Of a stretch of 64,000 bases of DNA, positions 57,541 to 64,000 are shown piece after piece; within the stretch, counting starts at the first letter, position 1; every line of letters starts with the position of its first letter. The notes under the pieces are model-generated. The model saw only the letters and a list, made by a program, of their open reading frames with translations. It ran no database searches and had not been told where the DNA came from. Source of the DNA: Patescibacteria group bacterium (GTDB lineage: Bacteria > Patescibacteriota > Microgenomatia > Levybacterales > UBA12049); the NCBI GenBank assembly GCA_026004395.1, contig BPJB01000001.1:969226-1033225 (forward strand), in the 5' to 3' direction. The translations under genes and the position numbers were made by a program.

Positions 57541-58674
57541 TTATTTACTCAAGGAAGAAATAAAAGATGATATCTCCTTTTTAAACCGTTCTTCAGAAAA
57601 TTCATTGGCTCGTTTTATACAATCTTCAGCTTTAATACCTATACTGTCAAATTGCTTTATTTTTTCTTTCAGAGCCTCTGTTGTCAGTTGATCAAAAAAT
57701 ATCCCTGTCTTATTTTCTCTAACTGTCTCACGTACCCCACCTGATCTATAAGCAATAACTGGCACTCCTACACTCATTGCCTCAACCGGTGTAATTCCAA
57801 AATCCTCATCTTCTGAGGCAAAAAGAAATGCTTTTGCTCCTTTTAAAAGATTATATTTTTCTTCATCACTGACCTCGCCAACAAACTCTATTGTTGGGGA
57901 AGCAATTGCTAGTAGATCATCTTTATATCCAGCAAAGGCTTTTCCGAAAACTTTTAATCTCACACCAAGCTCATTACATGCTTTAATAATCAAATCAACA
58001 TGTTTAGCACGGGCTAGCCGACCACCAGTAATGAAATAACCCGTATTTGATTTATATTTAGCGTTTGTATCCTGTTTTAGATTGACTTTTTTAGATGTAG
58101 ATCTGATAACTAGTGGAGGATAAATGACCTGTGCTTCTCTTCTATAAAACTTCTGTATTCTTTTTCTCACCTCATCAGAATTGGCTATATAATAATCAAC
58201 ATTGCGGGAAGTTGCGTAATCAATTATGCGCAAAAAGTGATTAACTAACTCTCCGAGAATGCGAAGTATCCTATATTTTTTCCACTCTCGCGCTGTTGCA
58301 TATCCATAAAGGTAACGTGGTGGTGTGTGGCAGTAGCATATAAGTTTAGCTCCTTTTTTTTGTAGTGCATTAGGGAAATACGCTCCTGTTGCCGAAACGA
58401 TAATGATGTCATAGCCCTGAAAATCAAACGAGCGAAAAAGAAAAGGAGAGATTATACGAAGAAAACTAATAAGTTTTGCTTTGCCGGGTAAATACTGAGC
58501 GTATGAAGTTTTAATCTTCCAGTTTTTAAAACGGTTTTTATGAGGACCTAGATACTCAGGAAGATATACTGAAGTAAAAACTGTTGCTTCAGGAAAAATC
58601 GTATGCAGCGACTCCAAAACTCTCTCAGCACCTCCGTATTCTTTAATATAATCATGAACAAGTGCTACCTTCAT
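57541..58674 (-). CDS. family 4 glycosyltransferase (GT4, GT-B fold)
   Basis: C-terminal E-x7-E region EDEDFGITPVEAMSVGVPVIAY is typical of GT4 / glycosyl transferase group 1. Confidence 0.8.
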   Translation of the reverse strand: MKVALVHDYIKEYGGAERVLESLHTIFPEATVFTSVYLPEYLGPHKNRFKNWKIKTSYAQYLPGKAKLISFLRIISPFLFRSFDFQGYDIIIVSATGAYFPNALQKKGAKLICYCHTPPRYLYGYATAREWKKYRILRILGELVNHFLRIIDYATSRNVDYYIANSDEVRKRIQKFYRREAQVIYPPLVIRSTSKKVNLKQDTNAKYKSNTGYFITGGRLARAKHVDLIIKACNELGVRLKVFGKAFAGYKDDLLAIASPTIEFVGEVSDEEKYNLLKGAKAFLFASEDEDFGITPVEAMSVGVPVIAYRSGGVRETVRENKTGIFFDQLTTEALKEKIKQFDSIGIKAEDCIKRANEFSEERFKKEISSFISSLSK

Positions 58675-58707
58675 AAACTTTAATTATATTTTTTACTTTA
58701 AAAGTAT

Positions 58708-59703
58708 TTAAAGCAGCCCCAATTGACCATCAGTGGACGTTTTTTTCGTTTCCTCTTTTTGCGGCAGATATTTTGTATCAAGTCTTGTGATAAGGCTTTT
58801 AAAACCATGTTCTTCAAAACCCTTTTTAAGTTTTTCTTTATCTAATCTCTCCACTCTACATTTTTCTAGATCAAGATGAACTGGCGCATCTGTAATAATG
58901 TTTGCTAGTTTTTTTGCTAGAGCACCTTGTTCTGCATCAAGTGCCAATTTTTCACCAATCTTCTCTGGAATCTCTCCGAGATGTTCGTATAAAGCCTCAA
59001 ACGTTCCAAATGTCTGCAGTAAGTTTTTGGCTGTCTTAGGACCAATACCCCTTATTCCAGGGTAACCATCTGAGGGATCACCAATAAGTGCTTTATAATC
59101 AACAAATTGAGAGGGCTTTATTCCATATTTTTCCTCAACAGATTTCTCATCAAAAAGATGCGTTTTCGTTAGCCCAGTAATACTCATCAAAACTTTTGTT
59201 CGATCATTAACAAGCTGGAGCATATCCTGATCTCCAGTAACTATAATAATCTCCAGGTCTTTATACTCATTGTAAGCCTGTCTGGCATAGGTACCAATCA
59301 GATCATCCCCTTCATATCCTTCAACTGATGTAATTTGTACTCCAAATTTTGTAAGAAGATCGTCTATCAATTTGATCTGATAAGCAAGATCGCCATCCAT
59401 TTGAGGACGATGAGCGTGATAGGAAGCAAACATGTTTTGTCGAACTGTAGGTTTAGAGCGATCAAAACAGATAATTAGATAGTTTGGTTGATATTCATGA
59501 AGAACATTAATCAGCATGGAAAAAAAACCATAAACAGCATTTACTGGCTCTCCATTCTTGTTGGTAAGATTGGGCATTGCATGGTATGCTCGATGCAGTA
59601 AAGCATTGCCATCAATCAGGATAAGCCTTTTTGTTTTAGGAAAATGAGGGTTCATAATAGCAATTTTATCAATTTTCAATATTTTATGTTCGGAAGAAAT
59701 CAA
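58708..59703 (-). CDS. 5'-3' exonuclease (Pol I N-terminal-domain-like / FEN)
   Basis: LILIDGNALLHRAYHA N-terminal motif, acidic metal-binding clusters, and an H3TH region (GIRGIGPKTAKNLL). The true start may be the ATG at 59655 (MNPHFPK). Confidence 0.85.
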   Translation of the reverse strand: MISSEHKILKIDKIAIMNPHFPKTKRLILIDGNALLHRAYHAMPNLTNKNGEPVNAVYGFFSMLINVLHEYQPNYLIICFDRSKPTVRQNMFASYHAHRPQMDGDLAYQIKLIDDLLTKFGVQITSVEGYEGDDLIGTYARQAYNEYKDLEIIIVTGDQDMLQLVNDRTKVLMSITGLTKTHLFDEKSVEEKYGIKPSQFVDYKALIGDPSDGYPGIRGIGPKTAKNLLQTFGTFEALYEHLGEIPEKIGEKLALDAEQGALAKKLANIITDAPVHLDLEKCRVERLDKEKLKKGFEEHGFKSLITRLDTKYLPQKEETKKTSTDGQLGLL

Positions 59704-60223
59704 GAAGTTTTTGTCGAAGAAGAGATGGGTCAGCGTAGTCTTCTTTCTTAAACTTAGGTCCTCTTTGAGTATAAAGCGGTACTTCTCTTCCTCTATCTAC
59801 TAAACGTAGACGCTGTTGAATACTTCCCTCAATAGTCCCGCTTGGTAGAGCACTCACTACATAAGCCTCAAACTCCTCACGCTCACCTCGACGAGAATGT
59901 ATATACGTGAGTGTAAAATATGGCTTTGTTTTCAAAACTAAACTAACTCGTGGAATATCGGATCGATAAACAAAAGATCTCGCAAGAAGCTCATCTTCAA
60001 CGAGACGTTGACCAATTGCATCTGGATGTGGAGTTGCTATCTCAATTCCACTAGTAACAGTAATTCCCTTCTGCTCAATTTCATTAGCTAAGGTACTTAA
60101 GACATGAGGAACATTTAACTCTATCAGTCTTCGTACTTCAGCTTGTACAATCTGCCACTCATGTTCTATGCCCTGCTGTTCTGTTGCAATGTCCTGTTCT
60201 TGTATTCTCATAATGATTGCCAA
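59684..60223 (-). CDS. hypothetical protein
   Basis: 179 aa ORF between ftsH and the exonuclease. No family recognised. Confidence 0.4.
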   Translation of the reverse strand: MAIIMRIQEQDIATEQQGIEHEWQIVQAEVRRLIELNVPHVLSTLANEIEQKGITVTSGIEIATPHPDAIGQRLVEDELLARSFVYRSDIPRVSLVLKTKPYFTLTYIHSRRGEREEFEAYVVSALPSGTIEGSIQQRLRLVDRGREVPLYTQRGPKFKKEDYADPSLLRQKLLDFFRT

Positions 60224-60237
60224 TTCTCCAAAGGAAG

Positions 60238-62121
60238 TTATGCCATACCCTTTGCCTTTATGGGAGCAGGTACAACTTTTGGTCCTATTAGTTTGACAAA
60301 ATCATCTGCATCCAAAGTCTCCTTTTTAATCAATGCATCAGCTAAAATATCAAGCTTCTCTCGTAGCTGTTTGAGTACACTAACGGCATTCTGATAACTT
60401 GTATCAATAATCTTTTTTACTTGCTCATCAATCTTAGCTGCCATTTCCTCTGATATCTCTGATTGCTCATAAAGAGTTTTTGGATCTGATTCAAGATTTA
60501 GTGGTCCAAGATCGCTCATTCCCCACTGTATTACCATTGCTCGAGCGACTTTAGTTGCTTTCTCAATATCATTTGCTGAACCGGTAGTTACTTCACCAAA
60601 GACCAAATCCTCTGCCGCTCTACCCCCTAACATTACTGCTATTTGTTCAACAAGACGGCTCTTGGTCTCATGAACTCTTTCCATTGGTTCCATCATTGTG
60701 TGCCCAAGACTCATTCCGCGTGAAACAATGGATATGCGATGAACTGGATCCATATGCGGCATATGCCAAGATACCAATGCATGTCCTGCCTCATGATAAG
60801 CTGTCATGCGTTTGTCCTCATCGGACTGAAGACGACGTTTTTCAGGTCCAAGCTTGACTTTTGTAGCTGCCTCTTCAAGATCAGACATATCTATGGCTTT
60901 TTTGTTTAGTCTTGCAGCTAGAATTGCTGCCTCATTAAGCATATTCTCAAGATCAGCTCCCGAAAACCCAACAGTACGTTTGGCTACTTTTTCCCAATCT
61001 ACATCTTTGGTGAACGGCTTGCCTTTTGCATGGATAGCAAGAATTGCTTTTCTACCCTCAATATCAGGAAGATCAAGTAGTACTCGTCTATCAAATCTAC
61101 CAGGGCGAATAAGAGCTGGATCTAAAACATCTGGCCTATTGGTTGCAGCAATAACAACAATATTTTCATTAGGAGTAAACCCATCCATCTCAACAAGGAT
61201 TTGATTGAGTGTTTGCTCGCGTTCATCGTGTCCTCCCATGATTCCCATTCCGCGCTGACGGCCAATAGCATCAATTTCATCTATAAAGATAATTGCTGGC
61301 TGAGCTTTTTTGGCTGTATTAAACAGATCTCTTACTCTTGATGCTCCTACACCAACCAGCATCTCCATAAACTCTGATCCTGCCATGGAGAAAAAGGCGA
61401 CTCCTGCCTCTCCTGCGGTAGCTCTTGCTAGCAGTGTCTTCCCTGTGCCACTTGGCCCTACCATAAGCACACCCTTAGGTGTTCTAGCTCCCATAGCTTT
61501 GTACTTCTGAGGATTTTTGAGAAAATCTACAATCTCCGAAAGCTCTTGTTTTGCTTCATCAACTCCTGCAACATTGGCGAATGTGACTTTAGGATTATCT
61601 TTGCTGTAAAGCTTTGCCCGAGATTGGCCAAAGGAGAAAATACTCTCTTGCGTTCCGCGTGCTTGTCGGAAGAGAAAATAGAAAAAAGCAATCATCAAAA
61701 GCACAGGCAACACAGCTCCAATAAGGTTGATCCAGTTGTTCATTCCAGCCTCGTCTTTAATAGTTACTTGAATGTTACGATTAGCGAGTGATGCTCCTGC
61801 GTTTTCAAAAAGTGAATAAACATCTGCGGATGGTTCTTTAAATGTTTGCACCTTCTCACCATTTTCTTTGGTAACAATCAATTTGTCTCCCTCTACTATA
61901 ATTTCATCGACCTTGTTGCGTTTAACATCTTGAATTACCTCCGAAAGAGGAACTCTTTGCCCGTCATTTACAGGCGTGCTAAATGCACTAAAAATCAATA
62001 GTGAGAAAAGAATAAGAAATCCGTAGAGAAGAACATTCTTCCAGGAATTCTTTACGTTCAGTTTTACTATTTTTTGTTTTCTTCCTGAAGAAGATCCATT
62101 TTTTTTGCTGCTCATAGCCAT
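60238..62121 (-). CDS. ftsH: ATP-dependent zinc metalloprotease FtsH
   Basis: Two N-terminal TM helices, AAA+ Walker [14 protein letters not shown], Walker [13 protein letters not shown], and the zinc motif HEAGHAL. Confidence 0.95.
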   Translation of the reverse strand: MAMSSKKNGSSSGRKQKIVKLNVKNSWKNVLLYGFLILFSLLIFSAFSTPVNDGQRVPLSEVIQDVKRNKVDEIIVEGDKLIVTKENGEKVQTFKEPSADVYSLFENAGASLANRNIQVTIKDEAGMNNWINLIGAVLPVLLMIAFFYFLFRQARGTQESIFSFGQSRAKLYSKDNPKVTFANVAGVDEAKQELSEIVDFLKNPQKYKAMGARTPKGVLMVGPSGTGKTLLARATAGEAGVAFFSMAGSEFMEMLVGVGASRVRDLFNTAKKAQPAIIFIDEIDAIGRQRGMGIMGGHDEREQTLNQILVEMDGFTPNENIVVIAATNRPDVLDPALIRPGRFDRRVLLDLPDIEGRKAILAIHAKGKPFTKDVDWEKVAKRTVGFSGADLENMLNEAAILAARLNKKAIDMSDLEEAATKVKLGPEKRRLQSDEDKRMTAYHEAGHALVSWHMPHMDPVHRISIVSRGMSLGHTMMEPMERVHETKSRLVEQIAVMLGGRAAEDLVFGEVTTGSANDIEKATKVARAMVIQWGMSDLGPLNLESDPKTLYEQSEISEEMAAKIDEQVKKIIDTSYQNAVSVLKQLREKLDILADALIKKETLDADDFVKLIGPKVVPAPIKAKGMA

Positions 62122-62269
62122 ATGATTTTAAGGAGTATAGCATATGCAACGTTTTGATGCTACTCCCTATGAGAGGATAAAAAATTAATTAATAACATTC
62201 TGACATTTTCCAAGACTTCTTAATAAATATGAAAACACTTGCAGAGAATATGGATGAGTAGTATCGTAA

Positions 62270-63814
62270 ATGATAGAGAATATGCTTGCTAAAGTCTTCT
62301 CAGCTGCAGTTGTCGGTCTTGATGCAGTACCTGTTGAGGTAGAAGTAGATATTGCATCTTACGGACTTCCCTCTTTCACAATAGTCGGTTTACCGGATAA
62401 AGCAGTTGAGGAAGCAAAAGAGCGTGTACGCTCAGCCATTAAAAACTCAGGGGCTGAATTCCCTGCAAAAAGAATCACTGTTAATCTTGCACCTGCTGAT
62501 CTTCCCAAAATTGGACCCTCGTACGACCTGCCTATTGCTCTTGGAATTCTTCTTGCTTCAGGACAACTGCAAACTAAAATAGACAATGCTATTATTGCCG
62601 GAGAATTATCACTTGATGGAACAGTCAGGCCCATAACAGGCGCTCTTCCTCAGGCACTACTTGCTCAACAAAAGGGGTTCACTAAATTTTATCTTCCCAA
62701 AGATAATGCGGATGAAGCCAGTATCGTATCTCAATTAACTATTTATCCTATCCATTCGCTTCGGGATCTTTTTCTTCATCTTACCAACCAACTACCCCTT
62801 TCCCCTCAGCCATATACTTCTTTTGACAATTATCAAGATGAAGCCTCTTATGAGTTTGATATGCAAGATATCAAGGGCCAACAATTAGCAAAAAGGGCTC
62901 TTGAGATCGCAGCAGCAGGCGGCCACAACATCTTAATGAAAGGACCCCCAGGAGCAGGAAAAACACTCCTTGCCAGAACACTGCCATCTATACTTCCTCA
63001 TCTCTCCTTTCAAGAAGCTCTAGAAGTAACAAAAATCTACAGTATTAGCGGACTATTGAAGAAAAAACTGATTACTACACGTCCCTTTCGCTCACCTCAT
63101 CACACTACATCACTTGTTGGACTTATAGGTGGCAGCAGCAATCCTCAACCGGGGGAGATAACTCTTGCTCACCGAGGTGTGCTTTTCTTGGATGAGTTGC
63201 CTGAGTTTCCTCGACAAGTGCTTGAGACATTGCGCCAACCTTTAGAGGACGGTATCGTGCATATTGCTCGTGCCAACAACAAAATTTCTTATCCAGCAAA
63301 GTTTATCTTTGTTGCAGCATGTAATCCCTGCCCATGTGGATACTTTGGAGATACTACCAAAAACTGTACTTGTTCGCCTCTTTCTATTCAACGCTACCAA
63401 AGAAAGCTCTCAGGACCTCTTATTGATCGTATTGATATCCATATTGACGTACCTCCAGTCAAAGTTTCTGAGTTGACTCATACTGATTCTCATCAAGCAG
63501 AATCTTCAGCTACTATTCGCGAGAGAGTGCACAATGCTAGAAAAAGGCAATCTGAGCGATATAGTAAAACAACATTTCTGACAAACTCTGATCTTAGCTC
63601 AAAAGCAGTCAAAGAGTTTTGTCCTCTTACTCCTGAGGCTCTCAGGCTTTTACAAAAGGCAGTGGAAACGCTAAAACTCTCAGGAAGAGCTTATTACCGC
63701 ACAATTAAGTTAGCGCGAACAATTGCTGATCTTGCAGAGAGTGATGAGATAGCTTTAGAACATATTGCAGAAGCCCTTCAGTATCGCCCGAAAATTGATT
63801 CTCTTAATTATTAA
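62270..63814 (+). CDS. comM: Mg-chelatase-like AAA+ protein YifB/ComM
   Basis: N-terminal Lon-like domain VFSAAVVGLDAVPVEVEVDI, AAA+ Walker A GPPGAGKTLLAR, and a Cys cluster CNPCPCGYFGD, all typical of the ComM/YifB family. Confidence 0.85.
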   Translation: MIENMLAKVFSAAVVGLDAVPVEVEVDIASYGLPSFTIVGLPDKAVEEAKERVRSAIKNSGAEFPAKRITVNLAPADLPKIGPSYDLPIALGILLASGQLQTKIDNAIIAGELSLDGTVRPITGALPQALLAQQKGFTKFYLPKDNADEASIVSQLTIYPIHSLRDLFLHLTNQLPLSPQPYTSFDNYQDEASYEFDMQDIKGQQLAKRALEIAAAGGHNILMKGPPGAGKTLLARTLPSILPHLSFQEALEVTKIYSISGLLKKKLITTRPFRSPHHTTSLVGLIGGSSNPQPGEITLAHRGVLFLDELPEFPRQVLETLRQPLEDGIVHIARANNKISYPAKFIFVAACNPCPCGYFGDTTKNCTCSPLSIQRYQRKLSGPLIDRIDIHIDVPPVKVSELTHTDSHQAESSATIRERVHNARKRQSERYSKTTFLTNSDLSSKAVKEFCPLTPEALRLLQKAVETLKLSGRAYYRTIKLARTIADLAESDEIALEHIAEALQYRPKIDSLNY

Positions 63815-63863
63815 GAATTGTTTGACAAGAATGTAATCCTTCGATTAAATGATAATACCTCTT

Positions 63864-64000
63864 ATGAGAAAACTCTTAACTATTATTGTCTATACATTTA
63901 TTATGCTTCTTGTTGGACGAAATCTAGTCATTCTTCCTCGTTTTGTTTTATTCACAAGTCCTCATGCTATCAAGACAGATCTAAAAAAAGAAACAGAACG
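63864..64000 (+). CDS. partial ORF (N-terminus of a membrane protein), runs off the window
   Basis: ATG at 63864 encodes MRKLLTIIVYTFIMLLVGRNLVILPRF..., a hydrophobic N-terminus. Truncated by the window end. Confidence 0.25.
   Translation, partial: MRKLLTIIVYTFIMLLVGRNLVILPRFVLFTSPHAIKTDLKKETE

Overview
This is a 64 kb, low-GC, gene-dense bacterial chromosomal window that reads in the standard genetic code (TGA is a stop; several ATGA stop/start overlaps). Some ORF-track ORFs open with TTG rather than ATG. The gene content looks most like a Candidate Phyla Radiation (Patescibacteria)-type genome. This is inference only: the 23S rRNA is split by two group I introns that each carry a LAGLIDADG homing endonuclease, the 23S/5S pair sits behind a tRNA-Ala with no 16S in the window, and there is an archaeal-type UMP kinase and an ATP-dependent DNA ligase. 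The confident housekeeping genes are rho, radA, a YacL-like PIN/TRAM protein, a multi-S1-domain protein, trxB, trxA, a BdbD/BdbC-like DsbA/DsbB pair, a Fur-family regulator with zupT, acyP, an alkyltransferase-like protein, pth, an EndoQ-like PHP protein, ATP-dependent DNA ligase, Fic, recF, mutM, a GT4 glycosyltransferase, a 5'-3' exonuclease, ftsH and comM/yifB. Three tRNA-Ala genes (GGC, CGC, TGC) are present. The accessory content is envelope-related: a Tat-signal lipoprotein, several secreted proteins, two paralogous DUF11-like surface proteins with LPXTG-like (TPxTG) sorting signals, a translationally coupled pair of very large GT-C-like membrane proteins, GT2/GT4/GT39-like glycosyltransferases, and a 1030-aa protein with a Pro/Thr linker. 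Findings to follow up: (i) the intron-containing 23S with splice junctions consistent with group I rules; (ii) a 1.16 kb gene-free AT-rich region holding three helically phased DnaA-box 9-mers (TTATCCAAA, TTATCCAAA, TTATCCACA) next to an AT tract, a candidate oriC or DnaA-regulated site; (iii) a thiol-disulfide island (trxB, trxA, bdbD-like, bdbC-like) plus a second DsbA-like protein paired with a CPSC-motif membrane protein of an unrecognised family; (iv) a near-consensus sigma-70 promoter carrying Fur-family palindromic operators in front of the Fur-family regulator/zupT operon; (v) several perfect palindromes and repeated motifs in intergenic DNA. No CRISPR array, transposase or integrase was found. 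The only mobile elements are the two rRNA introns.
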